A stretch of DNA of 64,000 nt, from NCBI RefSeq assembly GCF_006345805.1, contig NC_043006.1, positions 42,408,001-42,472,000 of the forward strand, given 5' to 3'. A model generated the notes under the pieces. The model made no database searches. It was not told the origin of the DNA and saw only the letters and a list, made by a program, of their open reading frames with translations. This document shows, piece after piece, positions 25,090 to 37,061 of this stretch. How positions within the stretch are numbered: position 1 is the stretch's first letter; each line of letters starts with the position of its first letter. The stretch comes from Octopus sinensis (taxonomy: Eukaryota). Position numbers and translations under genes: made by a program.

Positions 25090-25375
25090 TGTGTGTGTGG
25101 GGGGGGATTAAGACCTTCGGCAGTATACTGTGTAGACCTGTCAAGTCAAGTGAGACTGTAGTCATGGCCAATGCTGTTGTCAGGTCAATGGCACCCGTGC
25201 CAGTGGTACATAAAAAACACCCGCTAGACTCTCGAAGTGGTTGGCATTAGGAAGGGAATCCAGCCGTAGAAACCTTACCAAATCAGATCGGAACCTAGTG
25301 GAGCACCCTGGCTCACCAGTTTTCAGTCAAACCTTCTAACCCATGCCAGCATGGAAAGCAGACGTAAAATTATTA
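24905..25375 (+). mobile_element. SINE-A head joined at its microsatellite to an RTE 3' UTR fragment (~25120-25375)
   Basis: Head to 25100, then gtgccagtggtacataaaaaac...ggaaagcagacgtaaa. Confidence 0.8.
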
Positions 25376-25469
25376 TGATTATGATGATATACATTTGTCC
25401 ATCTATCTAGCTCTCTCTCTCTCTTCATATATATATATATATATATATAATATATATATACATACATTA

Positions 25470-25735
25470 TTTACATTTGACGGATATTTGTCCTCATCTT
25501 GTTTGTTGTTAACACAACATTTTGGCTGATATACCCTCCAGCCTTCATCAGGTGCCTTGGGGAAATTTCAAACCTGGGTTCTCATTCCTAAGGTATTTTT
25601 CAATTTTGTTGTTGTCCTTCTTCTTCTTTTTATTATTCAGCTCACTGCCTGGAATCGAACTCGGAATATTGGGGTTAGTAGCCCACACTCTTAATCACTA
25701 CGCTATATGCCCGTGGGCATATAGAACTGTATTAA
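25470..25735 (-). mobile_element. SINE-G: tRNA head plus Penelope-type hammerhead tail
   Basis: Head tagcgtagtgattaagagtgtgggctactaacccc...gagttcgattcc; tail gcacctgatgaaggctggagggtatatcagccaaaatgttgtg. Confidence 0.8.
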
Positions 25736-25925
25736 TATATATATATATAATACAAATAAGAAAATGGAAAAACAAATTCAGTTTGTTCATCAACTTATGG
25801 ATATTACACTGTTACATTATTTATTCATTTTACAAATGAGAACATCAAAAGCAAACAAAATGTTATATAAATCAATAGGAAATATAATAATACAAATTAT
25901 ATATATACATATATATATATTATAA

Positions 25926-26406
25926 TAAATTAGAGATAAAACCACTATTAGGCAAATCAAACAGTGAAAATCATAAGCCAATACATAGAAATAAAATTAA
26001 TTAAAAGATATATAAAAAATATAAAATATAAAATATAAAAATCCAATTAAAATATTTAAATTAAAGTTAAAATTTTTTAAAATTATTTAAATTAATAATT
26101 TAAACTTATAAATATATATATATTTTTATTATAATAAAAAATATATATAATACTTTAAACTTATAAATTATAAATATATATATATTTTTATTATAATAAA
26201 TATATATATATATTTATAATTTATAAGTTTAAATTATTAATTTAAATAATTTAAACAAATTTTAACTTTAATTTAAATATTTTAATTGGATTTTTATATT
26301 TTATATTTTATATTTTTTATATATTTTTTAATTGATTTTATTTCTATGTATTGGCTTATGATTTTCACTGTTTGATTTGCCTAATAGTGGTTTTATCTCT
26401 AATTTA
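25926..26406. repeat. ~480 bp AT-rich near-perfect palindrome
   Basis: taaattagagataaaaccactattaggcaaatcaaacagtg... mirrored by ...cactgtttgatttgcctaatagtggttttatctctaattta. Confidence 0.92.
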
Positions 26407-26624
26407 ATATAATATATATTTATACTATAAAATTAGATTTAATCCTAAATCTAATTTTTTCCTGTAAGTTTGGATTTACTCCCTAATATTATTATTATTA
26501 TTATATATATATAATATATATATATATCATACATACATATATATATATATCTGTATGTATGTATACATATATATATATATATATATCTACATACATACAT
26601 ACATACATACATACATACATACAT

Positions 26625-26845
26625 GTGTGAGTGTGTGTTGGCCCACTACTACCACTTGACAACAGATGTTGGTTTGTTTATGTCCACATAAGCTAGCAGT
26701 TAGGCAAAATTTACCGATAGTATAAATATCAGACTTGAAAAACGAAAATAAAAAACATAAGAACTGGATTTGTTCGAGTAAATCCCTTCAAGGCGGTGCC
26801 CCAGCATGGCCGTAGTCAAATGATTAAAAAAAGTAAAAGATAAAT
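26625..26845 (+). mobile_element. Diverged SINE-A 3' half
   Basis: cttgacaacagatgttgg...ggcggtgccccagcatggcc. Confidence 0.75.
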
Positions 26846-27069
26846 GATAAATATTTTCTCTAAAGGAACACCAGGCTTGAAAGAATTATCTCCCTTGTTC
26901 GCATCAACCTAAATTTTTATAATCTAAGGGAGATAACAGCATAAAACACTCCTCAAAACGATATATGAATACAACGGAAAAGTTATTTAATATAAGCTTA
27001 AAGCATAATTAAACGCTAAAAATTATAAGTAAAATATATGGTATGAGACTTGATCTGCAATTGCGTTGC

Positions 27070-27540
27070 AGTTAAAATATTTGTCTCGCGCTCGAATTCC
27101 CGTTGCTTCTGTTTTTACTTCGTATGTGATGGGAAAAGACCTGACAGCCTCGCCCTTTGCTCCTGGTCGCGAGGCAGATGCTTTGTCTGGTATGTCACAG
27201 TTAGCGACTCTTTTGGTTCTTTTCACATCCTGGGTCCTGGGGTCAGGGCGAGATCCACTGCTTCTGCGGCCGAGCGGATCAAAATGCTGAAATACAGCGA
27301 TTTGTCTGCAAATTACATTTTCCATCCTGTGGCGTTCGAGACGTTTGGTGGGTTCGGGCCACTAACTGCGAGATTCCTGTCTTCACTGGCAACTCGCCTT
27401 GCAGAGGTAACTGGTGAGGCTCATGAGAATGCTTGGCTGTTCCAGCGCATCAGCCTCGCCATCACCCGCAGCAACGCTGCAAACGTGCTGGCGTGCCTCA
27501 ATAGCTTTTAGAGAAGTTTATCAGCGACCCCAAATTTTCC
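27070..27540 (+). mobile_element. 3' fragment of a CRE-like (RLE endonuclease) non-LTR retrotransposon
   Basis: DGKRPD...WYVTVSD...AERIKMLKY...FHPVAFETFGGFG...WLFQRISLAITRSNAANVL. Confidence 0.85.
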
Positions 27541-27597
27541 ACCTAAGATGGTGAATTGTTTTGTGGGTGTAGTGACGTTATTTTGGAAGTTTTCAGC

Positions 27598-27759
27598 GGG
27601 CATGTCCTCATCTTGTTTGTTGCTAATACAACGTTTTGGCTGATGTACTCTCCATCCTTCATCAGGTGTCCTGGGGAAATGTCGAACCTAAGTTCTCATT
27701 CCTAAGGTATTTTTTCGATGTTGTTGTTGCTTTTATTATTATTATTATTGTTATTATTA

Positions 27760-27803
<44 letters not shown>

Positions 27804-27848
27804 GTTATTATTATTATTATTATTATATTATTATTCAGGTTACTGTCT
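27598..27848 (-). mobile_element. SINE-G copy (head truncated), left arm of an inverted pair
   Basis: Reverse complement of 27849-28140; hammerhead G12 mutated (aaaac). Confidence 0.8.
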
Positions 27849-28142
27849 GGCGTAGTGGTTAAGAGCGCGGGCTACTAACCCCAAGATTCCGAGTTCGATT
27901 CCAGGCGGTGACCTGAATAATAATAATAATAATAATAATAACATCGAAAAAAAAAGAAAAAAATCTCAAGAATGAGAACCCAAATTCGAAATTTCCCCAG
28001 GTTACCTGAAGAAGGCTGGAGGGTATATCAGCCGAAACGTTGTGTTAACAACAAACAAGATGAAGACAAATATCCGTCAAATGTAGATAATGTAAATAAT
28101 GTAAATAACGTACATAATTCCTCATCTCTCAAATACAGAACT
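27847..28142 (+). mobile_element. SINE-G copy, right arm
   Basis: tggcgtagtggttaagagcgcgggctactaacccc...gagttcgattcc, (AAT)n, then hammerhead tail. Confidence 0.85.
28002..28045 (+). ncRNA. Penelope-type minimal hammerhead with palindromic stem III
   Basis: UUAC CUGAAGA A GGCUG GAGGGUAUAU CAGCC GAA ACGU U^GUGU. Confidence 0.6.
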
Positions 28143-28641
28143 GTATTTAGAAAAAGGAAGTGAGAAAGTTAGCATCAATTCAGTACCAAGTGCCTCAATT
28201 GGTCGCACACCATAAGGTTTGCTGAAGAGAGCCAACATGCGGCATTACCACGGGCGATGGCGAGGCTAAGGCGTTGGAACAGCCAATCACCCCACAAGCA
28301 TCACCTGAAGGATTCTTACTTTGTAACTAGTACCGTTATTTTATCGAGCGTCGAAGAGATGGAAGGTAAATTTGACCTCTAATCCTATCGAGGTTACCTC
28401 TGCCTTTCATCATCTCAGAAGTTGATAAACTAAAGTACCAGTTAAGTATTGTAATCTATGCTCCCAATTCTTGCTAGACGTCTGGCAAAATTTGAAATAT
28501 TAGTAGTGTGTGACCAACGCATACATGCACTCATTCATACATGTATACATACGTACATAATTCTCTCTATCTATCTATCTAGCTAGCTTCTGCCTGTCAA
28601 CCTACTTACCTGTCTGTCTAGCTAGCTAACTACCTATCTCT

Positions 28642-28700
<59 letters not shown>

Positions 28701-28725
28701 CTATATATATATATATATATATATA

Positions 28726-29386
28726 TGTAGCAATATCGTCTCTCATTGCTATCTTCACTGTTTGAGAAGAGTATTAAGAATGACCTCGGTCGAGATTACA
28801 AACAGCTTTGGCTAGTTTAACATTGTTATAAACACTAATTCGATTGGCTGACACGTTGGTCTCTACTACGCTCGCACCGCTGGTTATAACTTGGCGCAAA
28901 ATGTCTCGACTTATTTTCGCGCCATAGTCCAAGCAGCCAATCACAGCTTTCCATTTCTGAAGTTCACTGGGAGCCTGGTGAAGCTTATAAAACAAGGTTT
29001 CTCAGAAAAAATATTCGTCTTAGGTTTCCAGTCCTTCTCAGGGCGAACCTCTGACCACACAGAGCTCGTCGTAGGCTTTTAGTTCTTTTAAGAGCTAAGT
29101 CTCTGACCACACAGAGAATACTCGACCAAGTTCCAGTTTCGAGGCAGGCGACCACCATTAATACAAGATGTTACAGATACCTCTCATACTGTTAGTGTGA
29201 AAAATCACCATGAAGAAAACGGTTACAAGATATCTATAACTAGAGAAACATAACCAAGCAGAACATATAATGAAGAAGCAGCAAGAACCAATCGACAAAC
29301 ATCGAAGATTTAAATTGTACACGAGACAACTACAGATTCAACTATAGCGGTTAGGTGAAATTCTCGCCACGAAGAAAACGGCTACA
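28726..29386. mobile_element. Possible solo LTR
   Basis: Starts tgtagc, ends gctaca; ccaatc followed by tataaaa; no TSD found. Confidence 0.3.
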
Positions 29387-30320
29387 GAAACATGTCTGGA
29401 AGTATATTCATATCAAGAGAAAGATAAACACAACGAGTGATTCAATTAATCTCAACTGCGACATGCAATATCTTGATATGGGACTCTTACAGTGTACCTC
29501 ATAAACGGTAAATCAATTATCTGTTCTTGGGTTCTAGTTTCTTCTAAGAACTACCTTAAGCCATCTGTTATTACCTGTTGCCAAGCCGATACCAACAACA
29601 TTAACTGTGAATCAAATCCCATCGACAATTCACTGGTCAGTAACTTTTTACGCCTAACGAACACACAGACACAAAAAACATGCGAACACTTACAAACTTC
29701 CAACATCAAACATGATTGTAAAATATGTAAAATAAATAATGTATATATCTTAAAAAGAAATCTTGTTGTCATTCCAAACTTATGTGTATTGCCGCTGCAT
29801 GTAAAAGATAGTCAGTAAAATATAACTTAATAAGAATAGGATCACGTAACTATTTTTATATATATATATATATATATATCTACGTAGCTACCTACCTACC
29901 TACCTACCTACCTACCTGCCTGCCTGCCTACCTTTCTATCAACCTACCTACCTACCTACATACATACCTGTCTGTCTATCTAGCTAACTACCTCTCTCTC
30001 TTTCTCTCTCTATCTATCTATCTATCTACTTACCTGTCTGTCTGTCTGTCTGTCTATTTACCTACTTATTTCACCATTCGTTCCTGACCACATATTTGAC
30101 ATCAAAACTGCACATGATAAAAATGAATAAAATAAGATAATAGATAACTCTTGTTCTGTCTTGGAAGGTCATCATACGCAATAATAATAACAATTACACT
30201 GGTGCGTGTGTTTTTTCTATTGGTGTAATGGCCTTCAACACACGAATTCACATCAAGAACTTTGCATACCAAAAACAAAAGCAAGAAATAAAAAACAGTA
30301 ATAAAGGACTTATACAAAAT

Positions 30321-30704
30321 GCGCAGGAGTAGATGTGTGGTAAGTAGCTTGCTTACCAATCACATGGTTCCGGGTTCAGTCCCACTGGGTGGCACCTTGG
30401 TCAAGTGTCTTCTACTATAGCCTCGGGCCGATCAAAGCCTTGTGAGTGGATTTGGTAGACGGAAACTGAAAGAAGCCCGTCGTATATATATGCGTGTGTA
30501 TGTTTGTGTGCCTGCATTTGTTCCCCCTACGTCGCTTGACAACCGATGTTGGCGTGTTTACGTCCCCGAAACCTAGCGGTTCGGCAAAAGAGAACCGATA
30601 GAATAAGTACTAGGCTTACAAAGAATAAGTCCTGGTGTCGATTTGCTCGACTAAAGGCGGTGCTCCAGCATAGCCGCAGTCAGATGACTGAAACAAATTA
30701 AAGA
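30321..30704 (+). mobile_element. Full-length SINE-A, CpG-intact
   Basis: Consensus match. Confidence 0.93.
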
Positions 30705-32221
30705 ACTAGTGCATTTTAATATTGATTTCCACTTCTGGCACAAGGCCAGCAATTTCGGGGTGGGGTGGATGGTAAAGTCGATTACATCAACTCCTGTGGC
30801 GGTGGCGGCGGTGGTGGTGGCGGTAGCGGTGGTGACGGTCGTGTTGGTGGTGGTGGTGATGATGATGAGGAGGAGGAGGAGGAGTGTGACGACGATGAAT
30901 TAATATTGATCGAAATTGGAAAATTTTTTATTTAAATCGTTAAATAAAGCTACACAGATACATATTTAGTATCAACAAGAGTATTCTCCCTTGATAATAA
31001 AGGCTTGAGTTTTGAGATTAATTTGCTGGAAAGCATTTCAATACTTTTTTAAAGTGTTTTTTATCATTTTTTTAAAGCACTTTTATAATTAGGACCCAAC
31101 CGCTTCATGTAACCACGTCATTTTCGGCCGTAGGCTGTGTAATTTCCTGGTGCATGGTGTTGTTTGTTTACTTTTACTAATATTTTGTAAACATTTCGTA
31201 CTTTCAAGTTGTCTTTTGTAAATCCATTATGAATGAACAGAAAAATATGGATATTTACTCAAATGGTGAAGCAAATTATAAAGATAATACTCTTACGAAA
31301 AAGAAACAAAATCCACAACTTGTTACAAAAGACAAGTGCTATCTATGTGAAAAATATTTACATGTTTACATGTGAAAAATATTCTGCCTGGTTTGTTAGT
31401 AAATTTTTCTGCAAATCATTTGTGAAATATCTGGTAGTTTAAATTAAACTGAAAGACATTAAAACGCAAGAAAATATAGTTAAAAATACAGACAAAAGTT
31501 GATAAAGAAGCTAGCAGTGATTTGAACCCAAACTAACCGGTAACAGGTCAGACACCACAACTGAACTTCAATAATTTCACGTGATCACTCCGTTAAGCCA
31601 CCAATCAGCATCAAGCTATAGTGTGATACAATCTTCTAGAATATTCTTCTTGTGCCCTGTAAAAAAACCGTTTTGGTACTAAATTCATTGCAGTCAGCTG
31701 AGTGCCATGTGTCTCCATTCCTGCCAGACAGACGGCCCTTGCAGAGCATTGAGAGTAGCCAACTCTTTTACATGTCTCACTTCTTGCCAAGCAGAATATT
31801 GAAAGCTGTCTTCTGAGAGATATGCGCCTCCATTCTTGTCATCTGATGGCTCCAGATATTTGTCTGATTCTTGGACAAACCAAACTGAACATTTACGCAA
31901 TGTCTCACAAGTGACTTCTTTGAACACAGTGCATTTTTCCTTTCTCTCCCAATCTGTAATTACTGCTGTTGCTAATTTTTGGCTATCTCTGTTGCTATTT
32001 CTGTTGTAAATGGCCAAGTTTGTTTTTATGTGCAACAATAAATATTTTAGTTAAACGTTCATGAGTTTTGTTTCAATTATTCATGCAACCAATGAAATAT
32101 ACCTTTATTACCAAAACAAGAACAAATCCGAAACCTGATATACATAGAATTAATGTTTGTGATCCTTCAACATATTCAGAATACTTTCTGTAGTAGCCAG
32201 GGATATTCAGCTCTTGATAAT

Positions 32222-32465
32222 AAGGTTGTGGGTTCGATTCCCAGTGGTGTGCTGTGTCCTTGAGCAAGATACTTTATTTATCATTGCTCCAGTGTATTCA
32301 GTTGGTAAAAATAAGTTGTACCAATAATTCAAAGAGCCAGCCTTGTCACTCTCTGTGTCATGCTGAATCTCCCTCAGAACTCCATTAGGGGTACACGTAT
32401 ATGTGGAGTGCTCAGCCAGCCACATGCACGTTAATTTCTCTTTGGTTGATCAGATTAACTGTAAC
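32222..32465 (+). mobile_element. Diverged SINE-E-type copy
   Basis: ggttcgattccc...ccttgagcaagatac...ttgcacgttaatttc-like tail. Confidence 0.75.
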
Positions 32466-33072
32466 TTTTACTGCTGTAACTGACAGAGATCCAGTCCAAT
32501 CACTACTTTCATAGTTCTATTCCATCGAATCAAATTTTACCGTAAAACAGCAACAAATGAAAGAACCATTAAGTGGTTATCCAAACTGTTAAAAACAACT
32601 GCCAAATCTCCTTCAAATCACATACTACAGCCTTGGACAGTATAGTCCCTGATACACAAATGGACAGGATGGTCCCAACTTGGAGAGCCTTGTATAATAG
32701 GTTTAGTGAATTAGACTTAACTGAGGGCTATACAACAAAAACTATCAGAGCCTCACTGCATTAGATTGACCTGCTAAAACCAGCAGCCAGAGATTTCATA
32801 AAACACATTCTACTACCTTGAAAATAAAAAATTTAGTCCTTGATACACACAAAGAGGCATTGAAGGGTTTCACAATAGGTTTACTCAGACTAGAAATAAT
32901 CAGCCATCAAATTTCCCTCTAAATCACACATCCTTTCAACTTTAAAAAGGAAGATCAGAATGAAGGAAAACCAATGTCAATGTTTAATACTTTCAGATAA
33001 CTAAGTCATGCTAGTATATAGTGTTTATTCATTTGTTTTACATCTGTTTTTCTATGCTAGCATGGATTAGAG

Positions 33073-34237
33073 CTGTGATTCTCAACCAGGGTCCATATAA
33101 GATTTTGTTGTTAACATTTATCGCAGGAGTGGCTGTGTGGTAAGTAGCTTGCTTACCAACCACATGGTTCCAGGTTCAGTCCACTGCATGGCACCTTGGG
33201 CAAGTATCTTCTACTATAGCCTCAGGCCGACCAAAGCCTTGTGAATGGATTTGGTAGACGGAAACTGAAAGAAGCCCATCATATATATGTATATATATAT
33301 GTGTGTGTGTGTGGGTCTGTGTTTGTCCCCCCAACATCGCTTGACAACTGATGCTGGTGTGTTTGCATCTCTGTAACTTACCGGTTCAGCAAAAGAGGCC
33401 GATAGAATAAGTACTAGGCTTACAAAGAATAAGTCCTGGGGTTGATTTGCTCGACTAAAGGCGGTGCTCCAGCATGGCCGCAGTCAAATGACTGAAACAA
33501 GTAAAAGAGTAAAGAGTAATAAATTAGTTATACTTCAATACACAAAATATTTTAGTAAGTTTTTAAAACAATTTCTAATAATATTTAATTACTAGCTTAA
33601 AAGCCACACTCCATGTGGACTTTTAAGGCTAGCTCCTGCAGAGGGCTAATTAGGCCTATGGCCCAAAACTAAAGAGAACGAAATAGCATGAATATAATAC
33701 AACTATAAAGACTCTATGCCCTGGTGGTGTTTGATTAGAGGTTAAGGACGGATGAGAATTAATTCTATAATGCAATTATTCTATTGTTCCAGTCCCAAGT
33801 TGAATTCCAACTATTGGCCAATTTGTCCCAAAGTTCTAATCTCGGCATAAAATTAACGAAGCAAATGTCATTTATCTCTCCCTTGATCTCTGGCGTCATC
33901 TGACAAATGCCAACCAAGATGTCATGAACCAGCCAAGCTTTACCTGCTAGAAATAGCAATCCAAATGCCTTTAAATCAGATCCCAATGCTGATATTCAAG
34001 AATCAAATGAGGGGCAGATTTTCAATCCTAGGATCATCCTGATTCCAAAATGTCTAATATGTCTATCTGGAGCAAATGTAGGCTGAGATTCAGGGTTCCC
34101 GGATGGACAGACAGCATTTTGCTTTCATTATAACAGATAAAAGTATAATATGATTTTTTTTTTTAACTCAGGGGTCCAGTAGAGAAAAAACAGGATTGCA
34201 AAAGGGTTCCATAAGCAAAAATGGTTGAGAACCACAG
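33073..34237. mobile_element. hAT-type MITE carrying a SINE-A (33122-33518) and an unidentified insert (~33600-34140)
   Basis: TIRs ctgtgattctcaacc / ggttgagaaccacag; 8-bp flanks gattagag and ggttagat. Confidence 0.65.
33122..33518 (+). mobile_element. Full-length SINE-A
   Basis: Consensus match. Confidence 0.93.
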
Positions 34238-34430
34238 GGTTAGATAAATGTATTATTGAGACTTTGCTTTATAGCTGGATGCTTTTACTGTCATTAACCT
34301 TGACCAGTTTCTCAAGTAAGGAAACTCTTATTTCTCTCACTCCCCTCTTTTCACAACATTTGCATTTCCTCCTGCACTCTTGCAACCTATCCACTTACAC
34401 ATCCTCTCCCTCCTCCTCCTCCTGTCTACT

Positions 34431-34478
<48 letters not shown>

Positions 34479-34917
34479 TGTTGCTCTTTACCTCCCTTTT
34501 CGTCTCAGCACTGCCAGTCGTCTCCTACTCTCCTCTACTGCCAACCCAATTCTTATGTATTAATATCACCAGTCCATCCCTGTCCACCATTCACCACATC
34601 TACCCCTCAACCCTACCCAATTGCTATAGTTGTCACCCACTCTTCTCCAACCTCCCCTACTCATTTCCCAACTTGGTCTTCCTTATATTCTCCCCACCCT
34701 CTTCCCCATTTACCATCTCTAACCATCTCTCACTCTCCCATATTTTTACAGCCTTAACTCACCTGTATGAAGGCACATGGTTTTGTGGTTAGAGTATTTT
34801 GATTTATTTCACCTTGCTCCAGTCCACTCAGTTCCCAAAATGAGTAGTACCTGTATCTCAAAGGGCCGGCCTTGTTACATTTTCTGTCAAGCTGCATCTC
34901 CCAGAGAACTACATTAA

Positions 34918-35138
34918 CCCTTTCATTAATGTATTTATTTTAAGATGCTCTGTGTTTCTTTCAGTTACTTTAAATATAACAAAAAATTTAGTAAAATAAC
35001 TTAGTTATCATTAAACTAGGGTTAGGAACATAAATTGTGACTAAGGTTTGATGGAAGATTTTAATTCAGAACTTTTGGAAACAAGACATTTGTACTACAG
35101 AGCCAGAGTTGGTTTTAGGTGGGTTGGTATCAAAAGGG
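34918..35138. mobile_element. piggyBac-type MITE, copy 1
   Basis: TTAA-ccctttcatt...atcaaaaggg-TTAA. Confidence 0.85.
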
Positions 35139-35167
35139 TTAAGAATTGTTTCTATTATATATTTTAA

Positions 35168-35384
35168 CCCTTTCATTACCATATTTCTGTTGAGATGCTT
35201 TGTGTTTCTTTCAGTTACTTTAAATATAACAAAAAATTTAGTAAAATAACTTAATTATTCAGCTGGTGTTAAGAACATAAATTGTGACTAAGGTTTGGTG
35301 GAAGATTTTAATTCAAAACTTATGAAAACAAGAGGTTTGTACTCAGATCCAGAGGCAGTTTCAGCTGGGTTGGTAATGAAAGGG
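35168..35384. mobile_element. piggyBac-type MITE, copy 2
   Basis: TTAA-ccctttcattacca...tggtaatgaaaggg-TTAA, perfect 14-bp TIR. Confidence 0.9.
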
Positions 35385-35835
35385 TTAAAAGTATGCCTGT
35401 CTGTGGAACACTCAGCCACTTGCACGTTAATTTCACGAGCAGGTTATTCTGTCGATCGGATCAACTGGAACACTTGTGATAACTGATGCAGTGCCACCTA
35501 CACTTACTCAATCATTTACCTACACTCCCTGTTCTCTTGTCTTCACTCACTTCTATTCACTTCATATCTTGAGTATTCACCCTGACATTGCATTATCACT
35601 ATTTCTATCATTTTCCAGCTCCACCCAGACCACTTCTACTCTTTCTTCTAAAATATGGGCAGCCATGAAGTTCTTCTATAACTGGTTCTCGATAGTGGTT
35701 CATGTGGTACTTGGAGGGGTCCATAAAACATTTTCCTGTTAAAGTTTATCTGCAATAAATAGTTTATACTTCTATAATACACAAAATGTTTTAACAATTT
35801 TATTTATTTTTTTTTGTATACAATTCCTAATATAT

Positions 35836-35997
35836 AGGTGTAGGAGTGGCTGTGTTGTAAGTAGCTTGCTTACAAACCACATGGTTCCGGGTTCAGCCCC
35901 ACTGCATGTCACCTAGGGCAAGTATTTTCTGCTATAGCCTGGGCCGACCAAAGCCTTGTGAGTGGATTTGGTAGATGGAAACTGAAAGAAGCCAATC

Positions 35998-36037
<40 letters not shown>

Positions 36038-36712
36038 CTCCGCTCGAAACATTAAATCTTCTTTCTTTTCTTTCTTTTCCTGAGTGTCCAATAACACTGT
36101 ACTTATTCCACGTCCTCGCGTTGTTCTTTTTTCTTGCTTGTTCATGTTTGGATTAACTATATTTATATATATATGTGGAGGTGCATGGCTTAGTGGTTAG
36201 GGTGTCAGCATCATGATTGTAAGATTGTGGTTTCGATTCCTGGACCGCGTGACACGTTGTGTTCTTGAGAAAAACAATTCATTTCCCGTTGCTCCAGTCC
36301 ACTCAGCTGGCAAAAATGAGTAACGCTGTGATGGACTGGCATCCTGTCTAGCTGGGGAGCACATACACCATTGAAACCGGGAAATTGGGCCTATGAGCCT
36401 GGCTAGGCTTTAAAAGGGCGCATTTATTTGTTTATTTTATATATATATATATATATACATAAATATGTATGTGTGTGTGTATGTATTTGTGTGTATGTGT
36501 TTGTGTGTCTGTGTTTGTTCATCCCAACATCGCTTGACAACCGATGCTGGTGTGTTTACATCCCCGTAACTTAGCGGTTCGGCAAAAGAGGCTGATAGAA
36601 TAAGTACTAGGCTTATAAAGAATAAATCCTGGGGTTGATTTGCTCGACTAAATGTGGTGCTCCAGCATGGCCACAATCAAATGACTGAAACAAGTCAAAG
36701 AGTATATTTAAT
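35836..36712 (+). mobile_element. SINE-A split in its microsatellite by a Penelope-like fragment (36034-36165) and SINE-D (36177-36425)
   Basis: 5' half to 36033, 3' half 36440-36712. Confidence 0.85.
36177..36425 (+). mobile_element. SINE-D (tRNA head, SINE-E-like body)
   Basis: gtggaggtgcatggcttagtggttaggg...ggtttcgattcctgg...gctccagtccactcagctgg. Confidence 0.82.
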
Positions 36713-37061
36713 CATAAAAACACAATATGATTTTTTTAAAAACATTAAATGGCTAGGAGGGTCCATCTGAGTAAAATAGGAGTCAAAGGTGTCCATAGGT
36801 TAAACAATGGTTGAAAAAAACTGCTCAATGGCAAGAAAACTGTTCTGTTCTGGTTCCTTCTCTCAGACCTTATTGCCTCATCACCCAGTATAAAGCTGCC
36901 TTCCTCTCCCTTTACTATAATCCCACTTGGTTGAAGAAGATCTTAGTCTTGCAAGTTACACGGTGACCTCACTAATGCTGGTGCCATGGAAAAAAAGGCA
37001 CCCTGGAACATAATGTGAAGTGGTTGGTACTACGAAGGACATCGATCCATAGAAACCAATG

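Larger units (their letters stand above)
34770..35495 (+). mobile_element. SINE-E-type copy split at a TTAA by two piggyBac MITEs
   Basis: ...gagaactacattaa | insert | aagtatgcctgtctgtggaacactcagccacttgcacg. Confidence 0.75.
35683..36823. mobile_element. Second copy of the hAT-type MITE, also interrupted
   Basis: Shares gggtccat...aataaa..tatactt..aatacacaaaat with 33073-33600; ends atggttgaaaaaaactg. Confidence 0.45.

Noticed and set aside
27847-27915. tRNA gene (also heads at 22980-23043, 36177-36245, 60539-60612)
   Set aside because: A/B boxes are present but acceptor stems do not close, and each continues into a SINE body.
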